Shown piece after piece: positions 14,301-26,900 of a stretch of DNA of 64,000 nucleotides. The notes under the pieces were generated by a model. That model worked only from the letters and a program-made list of their open reading frames with translations. It did no database searches and was not told the origin of the DNA. The DNA is taken from positions 115,134,001-115,198,000 of the forward strand of contig NC_042997.1 of assembly GCF_006345805.1 (NCBI RefSeq), written 5' to 3'. Made by a program: the position numbers and the translations under genes. The first letter of the stretch is position 1; each line of letters opens with the position of its first letter. The DNA is from Octopus sinensis (taxonomy: Eukaryota).

Positions 14301-16396
14301 ATCCATGGATGACAATCTTACTGCTACAAAGAAGAAATCATCATCATCACCGTTTAACGTCCATTTTCCATGCTAGCATGTGTTGGATGGTTTGACCGGG
14401 GTCTGGGAAGCCAGGAGGCTGCACCAGGCTCCAGTCTGATCTGGTAGTGTTTCTACAGGTGGATGCCCTTCCTAACGCCAACCACTCCGTGAGTGTAGTG
14501 GGTGCTTTTTATGTGCCACCAGCACAGGTGCCAGGGGAGGCTGGCAACGTCCACGATCAGTTGGTGCTTTTTACGTGCCACCGGCACGGAAGGCAGTCAA
14601 GGCGGCGCTGGCATCGACCATGTACAGATGGTGCTTTTTATGTGCCACTGGCACAGGTGCCAGGGGAGGCTGGAAATGGCCACGATCGGTTGGTGCTGTT
14701 TACGTGCCACCGGCACGGAAGCCAGTCAAGAAATTCAGATGTCACTTCAAAACATAAGTTATCAGTCTCACTGGTATATTATAACATGCAACACGTCTTA
14801 TCTCTGGATTTCTTTATCATATGTAGAGCTCTTATACAGAGATTATAGCTCTTCGTTAAGTGTAAATCACTCATTGCAAATCAATGTTTTACTAACATTT
14901 TTATCAATTATTGTTTATTTTTGCTGTTGTTGTTTCGTGGTTTCTGTTATATGAACGACAAGTGGCCCTTGACATCATACAAGCAATTTGACTTTGATAC
15001 CATACCATTGATTTGTCCTTGACATCAAAGAAGCAATTTGACCTTTGCAATTGATGCACCCTTTTATTCCTTGTTTTGCCTGTTTTGTTTGAATGTTCAT
15101 TTTTCTGAGCTCGTACGGGTTAGACAAATGCATTATCAAGGTATTGCTTTATAGTTTACTGTTGCTAACCCTTACCTGTTCAGTAAAGGGTCTTTTAATT
15201 CACGTACCTTTGAAGGTGCAGAGCCAGTAGATCATCATCATCATCATTTAACGTCTGTTTTCCATGCTAGAATGGGTTGGACGGTTTGACCAGGGTCTGG
15301 GGAGCCAGGAGACTGCACCAAGCTCCAGTCTGATCTGGCAGTTTTTCTACAGCTTAATGCCCTTCTTAACGTCAACCACTCCGTGAATGTAGTGGGTGCT
15401 TTTTACGTGCCAGGGGAGGCTGGCAACAGCCACGATCAGTTAGTGCTTTTTACATGCCACCGGCACAGAATCCAGTCAAGGCGGCGCTGGCATCGACCAC
15501 GTATGGATGGTGCTTTTTACGTGCCACCGGCAAAGGTGCCAGGGGAGGCTGGTAACGGCCACAATTGCTTGGTGCTTTTTACATGCCACTGGCACGGAAG
15601 CCAGTCAAGGCGGCACTGACATTGGCCACGTACGGATGGTGCATTTTACGTGCCAGCGGCACAGGTATCACAACTACAATTTCCAGTTGTTGTTATTTCT
15701 GACAGCAGAAATAGCAACAACAATATCACTGCTTGTAGCTTTTAGATACAAAAAAAGCTGAAGTCTGCTCATGTGTGATAGTTGGAGAAGTGTAAATGGT
15801 TGGTTTAGGGCCCCAGTAAACACTTCTCCCAGGTGCCATACAGTGGAACTGAACCTGAGACTATGCTATTGGGAAGAAAGCTTCTTAACTCTACAGCCAT
15901 GCCTGCATAATAATCCATTGTAATGGGTTGTAATTATGCAGTGGAAGTAAAATATAAATGAAATGAAACATGTATATATTCTTTTATTCTTTTACTTGTT
16001 TCAGTCATTTGACTGCAGCCATGCTGGGGCACCACCTTTAGTCAAACAAATCAACCCCAGGACTTATTCTTTGTAAACCTAGTACTTATTCTTTCAGTCT
16101 CTTTTGCCGAACTGCTAGGTAATGGGGGACGTTAACACACCAACATCAGCTGTCAAGCGATGTGTGGTGGGAACAAGCACAGACACAAATACATACATAC
16201 ACTTACACATGCACACACATACATATATATATATACAACAGGCTTCTTTCAGTTACCATCTACCAAATCCACTCACAAGGCTTTGGTTGGCCCAAGGCTA
16301 TAGTAGAAGACACCTGCCCAAGGTTCCATGCAGTGGGACTGAACCCAGAACCATGTGGTTGGGAAGCAAGCTTCTTACCATACAGCCACTCCTGCA

Positions 16397-16433
<37 letters not shown>

Positions 16434-19400
16434 TCCTCATTATCATCATCTATATATATATATATATATATCCTCATCATCATCACCTATATATATATAT
16501 ATATATATCCTCATTATCATCATCTATATATATATATATATATATCCTCATCATCATCACCTATATATATATATATATATCCTCATCATCATCATCTATA
16601 TATATATATATATATATCCTCATCATCATCATCTATATATATATATATATATATATCTCATCATCATCATCTATATATATATCATTATCATTGTTGTTTG
16701 ACGTCTGTTTTCCATGCTGGCACGGGTTGGATGGTTTGACTAGGAACTGGCAGGCTGGGAAGCTGCACCAGGCTCCAATCTGATTTGGCAAGGTTTCTAC
16801 AGCTGGATGCCCTTCCTAACGCCAACCACTCTTAGAGTATAGTGGATGTTTTTTTATGTGTTACCAGCATTGGAACCAGTCAGGTGGCATTAGCATTGAT
16901 CACGACTGAATGGTGCTTTTTACGAGCCAGTCAGGCAGCACTGGCACTCACACACACGCACATATATATTCATGGTGTGTCTGCAACAGAAATATTAGTT
17001 AACAACAAAGGTATCAAATAGATTTTCTATAGTACACACATATATGGTACATCCTAATATATTCAAAGACATCCTTTGGATATCATCAAACAACACAGCT
17101 CATCCGATGACAGGCAAAATGAAAAGGTTGGCACTTAAAAAGCACCATTTGAGCCTTCCTACACGCCTTCCTAAAACCACTACACGCCTTCCTAAAACCA
17201 ATTGTCCAACCCATGCTAGAATGGAAAGCAGACGTTAAACGATGATGATGATGATGATGAATATTCTGCCCCCACCCCATGCCAGTGGCACCCCATGCCT
17301 CGGAGAGTCTTGCTTGAAACTTCACCATGTGGCACCCCATGCCTCGGAGAGTCTTGCTTGAAACTTCACCATGTGAGTCTCCAGTTGTTTTATTATAATT
17401 CACAAGATTTCTGGCAAGGGTATTTTATACCAAAATATCATTTTCATCATCATCATCATCGTTTAATGTCCGTTTTCCGTGCTAGTACGAGATGAACAGT
17501 TCAGCCGGGGTCTGGGAAGCCAGGAGGCTGCACCAGGCTCCAGTCTGATCTGGCAATGTTTCTACAGCTATATGCCCTTCCTAACACCAACCACTCCAAG
17601 AGTGCAGTGGATGGTTTTTCCATGCCACCGGCACAGGTGCCAGGGGAGGCTGGTATCGGCCATGTTTGGATGGTGCTTTTTACATACCACCAGCACATAC
17701 GTGCCACCGGCTTTGTGAATGATAATTTGTGTACAATGAATTGTTTGTTTTAAAAAATAATGCACCAAATGAGTTTCTATTATCTTATTTAGTATTTTTT
17801 AACATTTGTAATTTCCTTAAAGCATTGCAGTGTGTAAATGATAAAAGTACCTTTAAGCTGTGCAGAAGAGAAGTTAAGCGAAATATGTAAAGTGATTCCA
17901 ATAAATAAAGACAAAGACAAGATATTGTATCACTCTACATAAGTTGTTTAATGCTTCTGTTATATTTCAGGAAATCTTCCCTTTATCCAAGAGTTTAGAG
18001 AAAAAATATTATAGTGTTACTATCAACAGGCTATTCTGGTATGTTGTGGCCTGTCTATAATAATAATAATCATCATCATTGTTTAATGTCCGCTTTCCAT
18101 GCCCAGCATGGGTTGGACAACTTTGACTGAGGGCTGGCAAACCAGAAGGCTGCACCAGGCTCCAATCTTGATTTGGCAGAGTTTCTACAGTTGGATGCCC
18201 TTCCTAATGCCAACTACTCCAAGAGTGTAGTGTCTGTCTATAATAATGTTTTGCAAAATTCTTGGATTATTTTCTTTCTTATATTTGATAAGGGAGATCT
18301 TTCCCGAAATATTATAGATACATTAAACAACTTGTGTAAAACAATACAATATCATATCTTTGTTTTCATTTATTGGTATCACGTTACGTATTTTGTCCAA
18401 CTACTCACCTGCATTGCTTAAAGCTCTTCTTTAAAATTTCGTTAACAGTTATCCTAACAATCTGTTGAACCTGTTGTTCCTTTTCTTTACTCCAAACATC
18501 TTATTAAATGCAATGTTAGCCAACAATTACTGAATCTCAATATTGTTTTCTCCAGCTGCCTTATTGAAGATTTCTTACAATCAGCAACAAACGATAATGA
18601 AAATGGCGTGCCTCCACTACAATTTGAACAGCTGCCTTTCAAACACCCATTGTTCATTATGTACTCTTCAGGAACCACTGGGCCTCCAAAATGTATTGTG
18701 CATTCTGCTGGGGTAAGCTAAACTTTATCAAATATTTCAATAACCAGCTTCAATCCTTTAGCATTCAAATTAGTCTGTCAGATGTAATTCTTGTTTAATC
18801 ATTTTGTTTTGAATTAATCCCACACTATCTCATAACTTCAAGATTTCAATGCTGTGATTGTATATTTCTAGAATAACATTATAGGGTAGGTGTAAGAGGC
18901 TGGATCTGGCCAGTTTGAACCTGAAGCAGGTAGAATATTTGGACCTGATATGACCAGTTAAGCTACTAAAAGACTAAGGGTTGGATCCAAGAGAGATTAC
19001 CATTTTGTTCCACAGAAATTTACAATTCAAAATAGACTCAGAAAATGTTTTTTTATCATTATCCTCCTCATCATCATCATTTAACATCCGTTTTCCATGC
19101 TGGCATGGGTTGGACGGTTTTACTGAAAACTGGTAAGCCAGGGACAAGTTTCCAATCAGATTTGGCAAGGTTTGTATGCCTGGATGCCATTCCTAATGCC
19201 AACCATTTCAAGAGTGTAGTGGGCATTTTTCACATGCCACATTGGTACAGATGCCAATGACCTGACACCAGCATTGGCCATGACTACAGTCTCACTTGGG
19301 TTGACAGGTCAACACAAGCACGGTATATTGCCAAAGGTCTCAGTCACCTGTCACTGCCTCCATGAGGCCCTAAGCTCAAACAGTCCATTTTATGTACCAC

Positions 19401-20882
19401 TGGCATGGGTGCCAGTCAGACAGCACTGGCATTGGTCACAACTACAATTTCATTGGTTCAACAGGTCTCTTTTACTCTTTTACTTGTTTCAGTCATTTTC
19501 AGTGACTCCATCTTGCTCTTTGTAGACCGTGATTTCCACAGTTCCCAGTGGATCATTCCTGCCACATTGTCATGGGATCTTTTGTATTCGCATTGTGCCA
19601 ATTTCGGGCATTCACTAACAATGTGCCATACCATTTCACCCCTCTCACCTTCACTTCACTACAGAGCGCAGCTCTGTGTGCCTTGGGTATGTGCTGTGAT
19701 TTGTTGTGGTACTCTGATGGTTACTGTATTGAAAGTGTTTTGCATAGGATGTGTGCAGTGCCTAGTAATGCAATTTTCTATATGTTATATGTGTTTGTAA
19801 GTCCTGGTGTTTTTGTTATGTATTTGTCTGAATATTTTTTATCACACCTAATGCACCTACTATGATAGGAATTGTTTCTGTTTTTACATTCCACATTCTA
19901 GTTCCCTCTATTTCCAGGTCTTTGTATTTTGAAAGTTTCTCCATTTCTTTTAGAGACATGTTGTCATCTGCTGGTATTGATACATCATTTAGAAAGCATT
20001 TTTTCCCTTCATGATCTCTGACAACTATATCTGGCCTATTGACCTTAATTTTTCTATCTGTGTGTATTGGCATATCCCAGAGTATGGTTGCTTTCTCGTT
20101 TTCTGTGACCTTTTCTTGTGTGTGCCTATACCATATTATTATTATTATTATTATTTATTTGTAACTGTTTGAAGCCATGTCTGTTTTATTTTAGGGAACA
20201 CTGTTGAAACATTTGGAAGAACACTGCCTTCAAAGTAACATGACCCAAGATGACATCATGTTCTACTATACAACAGTAAGTAGCCTCACCTCTCCGCTCA
20301 GTTTACTAATGCCTGGTTTCTTTGTGTGTGTGTGTGTGTTTATTGTTTATATTCAAGATATGTCCTTGGTGTGAATGATTTTAAACTGGAACCAGTAGTG
20401 GGGACCCTGGGACAGGAATTCCAAGATTTTGCAGAATGTAGAACCACCTCTTGACCATTATTGATTCCAGGTCTACTCTGATTTGGATTAGTAATACTTC
20501 TTATGGGTCCCAGCTATGGGTTAATTAGCATATTAGGGCTTGCCTACCTATGCATGTGAAGACTGGTCCCTGTGAACTCTGCACAAGAAACCTTCATGGT
20601 TCAATGGATAGGAAGGTGTTTGCAGCAATGCATTGTAGGATGCAGAGATCTAGATACTCTTTACTCTCTCTTTTACTTGTTTCAGTCATTTGACTGTGTC
20701 CATGCTGTAACACCGCCTTTAGTCGAGCAAATCGACCCCAGGACTTATTCTTCATAAGCCTAGTACTTACTCTATCGGTCTCTTTTGCCGAACTGCTAAG
20801 TTACGAGGACGTAAAAGAACCAGCATCAGTTGTCAAGCAATGTTAGGGGAACAAATGCAAACACACAGACATATACACACAC

Positions 20883-20915
<33 letters not shown>

Positions 20916-23900
20916 CAATGGGCTTCTTTCAGTTTCCATCTACCAAATCCACTCACAAGGTTTTGGTCAGCCCGAGACTATAGTAGAGGACACTTGTCCA
21001 GGGTGCCACACAGTGGGACTGAAGCCGGAACCATGTGGTTGGTAAGCAAACTACATGGCAAAAGTAAAACATCTTGGTCATCCACTGCGGTCACCTCTGT
21101 CCTCAGTCATCTTGACCTGGTCTTGCAACTGGATTGAAGATGGTCACAGATAAGGGAGTATGACTGACAGTTGATGGGAAAGAAGACTGCAACTTTTCTT
21201 CACTTTAAACAGTCACTGCATAAGTCATCAGTCATCCTGATTGATGACTAAATGCTCCTTGTCACCACGACAGATGAACACTTGTGTGATATTCAGTTTA
21301 TAACTATAGATTTCTTCTTGATCGTTTCCTTATCTTTCTTCCTTGTTCTTTAGGCTGGTTGGATGATGTGGAATTGGTTGGTTTCTACTCTGGCATTAGG
21401 TTCTGCAATTGTTCTCTATGATGGTTCTCCGCTGATGCCACATCCAAATGTATTGTGGGACTTAATTGATAATATCGGGTAAGTTTCAGAAATTAATCAC
21501 ATCTATCACTCAGGTAAATAGTTTATCTTTTGATCCTTCATCATCATCACCATCATTATCGTCATCGGAAATTGTAGTTAAGATACCCATGCCAGTGACA
21601 CGTTAAAAGCACCATCCGAAAAGTGGCCGTTTGCCAGCCTCATTCAGCCCCTGTGCCGGTGGTATGTAAAAAACACCCACTACACTCTCGGAGTGGTTGA
21701 CGTTAGGAAGGGCATCCAGCTGTAGAAACACTGCCAAATCAGACTGGAGCCTGGTGCAGCCTCCTGGCTTCCCAGACCCCGGTCAAACCGTCCAACCCAT
21801 GCTAGCATGGAAAACGGATGTTAAACGATGATGATGATGACTGTCGTTATCATCACCATCATCATCACCATCATTATTGTCATCATCAACACCATTTTCA
21901 TCTGCCTGAGCCTGTGATCACCTTTTACGCCTGTGATCAAATGACAGTAGTTGCTTGCCGGAAAGAAATGCTGTGTGTGGTCTGCTATGTCTTTCTCACA
22001 GTACACCATAGCTAATTCTGGGAGAGAGAAATCAGCTGTAGTACTTAAATGGTACTTCATTTTATTGGTCCCAGAAGGATCAGAAGTAAAGTTGGTGGGA
22101 TTTGAACTCACAACACAAAAAGCCAGAACAAATACTGCAAAGCATTTTATCTGACATTAATAATCCACTGCTACATTTCAACCTGATGAAACCTCCAAGC
22201 AGAAGGGCACCCAGGGGTTATAACCTGGATGAGGCCCAGCCCCCTTAAGATGTAAAGAAGTTAAGAGCTGAAACACTTGCCTGGGGTGATGTCTTTAACT
22301 GGAGCATATTCTTTTCTACTCTAGGCACAAGGCCCGAGATTTTTGAGGAGGAGGGACAGTCAATTAGATCAACCCCAGTACACAACTGGTACTTAATTTA
22401 TCGACCCCGAAAGGATGAAAGGGAAAGTTGACCTTGGCGGAATTAGAACTCAGAACGTAAAGACAGACGAAATACCACTAAGCATTTTCCCCGGCATGCT
22501 AATGTTTCTGCCAGCTCGCCGCCTATGGTTTGATAGGATCTGGCAAACCAGAGAGCTGCACCAGGGTCCAGTTGTCTGTTTTAGCAAAGTTTCTACAAAT
22601 TGAGGCCTTTCCTAGTGCCGACCAGTTTACAGAGGAAATTCCTGATGCTAGCTTTTGACTGTTGGTCAAAACTGTGACCTGGCTATGTAATAGACCAACT
22701 CTGTTGTACAATAGATGTTGGTTTTATTGTTACCAAAAAAAAAATTTAGCCAGTTTGAATAAACTGCTCCAATGGAAAACATTTAAATGTTTTTAGTTTT
22801 TTTTAATTAATATGTAGATATAATAACTACACTTTTTTTCCTTTTCAGTATCACCATCTTTGGTACTGGTGCAAAATGGCTGTCTTTGATAGAAGAAAAA
22901 GGTTTAAAACCAGGTAAGAACACTTAAGTGCAATCGAAATAATGATAATAAAATCTTGGATGGGTGATTTGATTAATCATCATCATCATCATCATCGTTT
23001 AATTTTCTTCGGAACAAGTTATTTTCGGATCTTTTTCTTTTGTTTTGTTTTGGGTTTTTTTGTAACATTTACAATTTTATATTATTTTGAGAAGTTTATT
23101 AAGAAGATTTTTCAAGATTTTTACTCTTTTAAATATTAGTCAGAAGAGAAGGGACAATGGCCATGGCTTATGAAGGACATCCTGGAATGGTGAAATTAAT
23201 CTGGCAGGGAAGAAAAAAAATATGGGTGGAGAGGAAAGCAAATGCTTACAACTGAAAAGCACCCTAAACAAGCTAAGGGTGTTAACTGGGTAGCGTGTTA
23301 GGCTAGACAGAAAACTACTGACATAGTTATGAAAATAACACATTTGGTAACCTACTTTACTAACAAGTGATGTTATGTTATGTGACAGCAAGGCTGTGTA
23401 ACATGAGTAGGCCCAGACTAACTATTAAACAATATAAGCTTAAGGTACCATGGGAGTAGGGGGTACCATAGAGATTTTTTCCTGTATCAGATTTTCTATA
23501 ATGCAGAGGAACAGGGGTTGGGGGGTAGTTTGAAATGTGCTGAACATTTGCATTTTTCCTGTGATCCTAGTTATGATTTTATTATTCTATTATGGGTTTC
23601 AGCCAGAGGTTGTGGCCATGCTGGAACACTACCGTTAAAGTAAATAATCTATTTATATTGTTTACTGTTGTTTAGAGTTAATTAAATCCAATTAATAAAC
23701 AGGTTGTATTAAATGTACTATATTTGCACATGTATAAGTTGCACTGTAAAAGTTTGCTTCCTAACCACGTGGTTCCTGGTTCAGTTCCACTGTGTGGCAC
23801 TGTTGGCAAGTGTCTTCTTTTATAGCCCTGGGTCAATCAGAACCTGGTGTGTTTGTGTGTAATGACCAAATTATCGCAGAGCAACCGGAAATGAAGTGCT

Positions 23901-26900
23901 TTTCTCAAGAACACAACACAAGGCCTGGTCTGAGAATTGAACCCACAAACTTGCAATCATGAGTACAACACCCTAACCACTAGGCCCTGTGCTTTCATAC
24001 AAGCATACACACAGATGCACACACACACACACACACTCAATCATCATCATCATTATTTTCATTATTTACACTTGCGTCGGAAATTAATTAGCACTTCTCA
24101 AATTTCTACATTTTCTTACATTTTCTTAATTTAATTAACTTATTATCAGAAACAAACTCGTTTTTAATCAAAAATTTATTAAAACATATCCCAGCACACC
24201 ACATAATTGTTATTAATCGTGAAATTTAGTCAATATCTTGTTGCTCCTCCTTTGGCAGCAATGACAGCTGCTACACTGGTCGGCATGCTGTCTATGAGTG
24301 CCTGCAGGTACTGTGCAGGGATGGCCCTCCATGCAGCAAGAAGTGCCCCAAACAGCTCGTGTCGGTTCCTGTATTGCTGCACATTCAAATCCCTACCCAA
24401 TCGACTCCAGAGGTTCTCAATAGGGTTCAGGTCAGGTGACTGGCCAGGCCAGTCCATGACCGTCACCCCATGGTCCTTGAAGAAACCGGTTGTGAGCTTG
24501 GCTGTGTGGGAAGGCGCGTTGTCCTACTGGAGCACGTACTCCTCGCCACCAAAGAGGTATCCCGTACTATCTCAACGTACTTTGCTGCGTTGATGTTGCC
24601 TTCGACGGCATAGAGCCGCCCAACACCACTGTAGCTGAACGCCCCTCACACCATCAGACCACCCCCACCATGCTTCATGGTGGGAGCAATGCAGTCTTTG
24701 TTGAAGCGCTCACCCCTGCGGCGTCGCACATGGACAGGCTTGTCACTGACGAGACTGAATCGCGACTCGTCAGTGAACATCACTGTCCGCCACTGCTGCA
24801 CGGTCCATATCTTGTGGGCACGGGCCCAGAGCAGCCGCCTCTTCCGGTTTTGGGCAGTAAGGAGCGGCTTACGGGCGGCCCTACAGGATTTTAGACCAGC
24901 TTCCAGTAATCTGGTCTTGACGGTGGTTGTAGACAACTGCTTCCCTGTCACCTTTTGCATCTCCTCCGCCAGTTGCCGGCTCGTTGCCCTTCAGTTGTAC
25001 AGTGACTTTCGGATCAGCATCCGGTCCTCCCGCTGGGTCGTCAGCCTCTTCCGTCCCCTACCCTTTTTGTCAGCTGCTGATCCGGTTTCCTCGTATTTCT
25101 TAAATAAGCACTGAATTGTGCGCCTGGCTACACCAAGTTTTCTGGCTATTGCAGCCTCCGACAGCTTCCCACGCCACGAGAGAGCCTCGTACCGTCTCTC
25201 CAAAGTCATGCGAGGTCTTGGGCCCATCTAGGAATAAACGATAAAAACCAGTTATTTTCATTAAAACTATTCATTTGAATAATGTTATGCTATAACAAAA
25301 CTGCTATGAGTTATTATTCATGAAACAAAAAAGAAAGAAAGCAGAATTTCTCACCTTATTTCATGTATAACAGAAAGTTTTGTGAACCGGAAGTGACGTC
25401 ACCAAGCAGAGTGTAGGAGAATTTGTGAGGAAAAAAAATCTTGCAAATACACAAATCAATTAACCTACGAGCTGTTCAAAACATCTTACGCGATGAGAAA
25501 ACTTAGTACGGTGTGATTTCGGTCCTTGCGAGGCGCTACCTATATCTATTAAACAAAGAAAGATTTGTCTGCATTCGCACTCCAAGTTGTTGTTGCACTG
25601 CTATGTCAACATCATTAGGCTGTAGACTCTCAAACCGCTCTGCAAACAAAGTTACGTCATCGTTCTGCGCAACAGTGAACTCGCAACAAAGCAATAGTTC
25701 GAGATATGGCCACTAGGTGACAGCAAATACCTTGAGTGAAGAGCAAATCAAGGGTGCTAATTAATTTCTGACGGTAGTGTACATTTGACAGATATTTGTC
25801 CTCAACTTGTTTGTTGTTAACACAATGTTTCGGCTGATATATTCTCTAGCCTTTATCAAGTGTCTTGGGGAAATTTCGAACCTGGGTTTTCATTCCTAAG
25901 GTATTTTTTGAGGTTATTATTATTATTATTTGGGGTTAGTAACCCATGCTCTTAACCACTAAACCATATGCCCACAGGTATATGGCGTAGTGGTTAAGAG
26001 CACGGACTACTAACCCCAAGATTCCGAGTTCAATTCCAGGCAGTGACTTGAATAATAATAATAATGATAATCATAACATTGAAAAATACCTTAAGAATGA
26101 GAACCCAGGTTCAAAATTTCCCCAAGATACCTGATGAAGGCTGAAGGGTATATATCAGCCGAAACGTGTTAACAACAAACCAGATGAGGACAAATATCCA
26201 TCAAATGTAAATGACGTAAATAATGTACATAATTCCTCATCTCTTAAATATAGAACTGTATCATCATCATCATCGTCATTTAATGTCCATTTTCCAAACT
26301 GGCATGGATTGAATGGTTTGACCGAAGTTGGTTGGCTAGAGAACTGCACCAGGCGCTAATCATCTGTTCTGGCATGGTTTCTGTGCCTGGATGCCCTTCC
26401 TAATGCCCACCACTTTACAGAGTGGATTTGGTGCTCTTTAGGTAGAACTAACACAGGTGCTTTTTGCAAGGTGCCAGTATGAGAGCCTTTTACATGGTGC
26501 CAACATGGGTGCTTTTTACATGGCACAGCCACGCCTGCGCCTATGTTAAAAAAAAAAAAAAATCAAGTCTCATACAATTGCTGAGAGACCCTAATCTTTA
26601 TTAAAACATTTCCCTAGAAGGAAAACTCTGAAGTAACCCCTGTGACTTTGCATCCGATGATGCAGACCGGGTCTTCTTTTGGGGCAAATGTATACATTAT
26701 TCAGAGAGTGGGGTTGGCCTTGTACAAGGCCCTTCATCACTTTAAAAAGCTTCAGACAGTCAGACAGATGGGTGCATTTATTATGTGTTAATAATTTTTA
26801 ATGCATCTGATTCATGTAAATAATGAAATGTATTGTTTTAAGATGAAATTTGTATTTTCTTTTATATTCCAGCTGAAACACACAACCTGAAAACCCTCCG

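Larger units (their letters stand above)
24069..25779 (-). mobile_element. Full-length Tc1-family DNA transposon (DD34E), inactivated
   Basis: 26-bp TIRs (cacttgcgtcggaaattaattagcac / gtgctaattaatttctgacggtagtg, 3 mismatches) flanked by TA at 24067-68 and 25780-81; 1711 bp. Confidence 0.93.

Noticed and set aside
16122-16783. Several 140-205-aa ORFs
   Set aside because: Built from SINE sequence plus (TA)n/(TCA)n repeats
18487-18678. Cys-rich 63-aa ORF on -
   Set aside because: Antisense shadow of the AACS exon 18556-18712
22183-22230. CTGATGA followed by AACC…GGTT
   Set aside because: No GAAA core after the putative stem II and no stem I; not a credible hammerhead
24207-25114. + strand ORFs of 128 and 145 aa
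   Set aside because: Antisense shadows of the GC-rich Tc1 transposase
25977-26050. tRNA-like sequences at SINE heads
   Set aside because: No acceptor stem or complete cloverleaf; they continue into repeat bodies, so they are not tRNA genes
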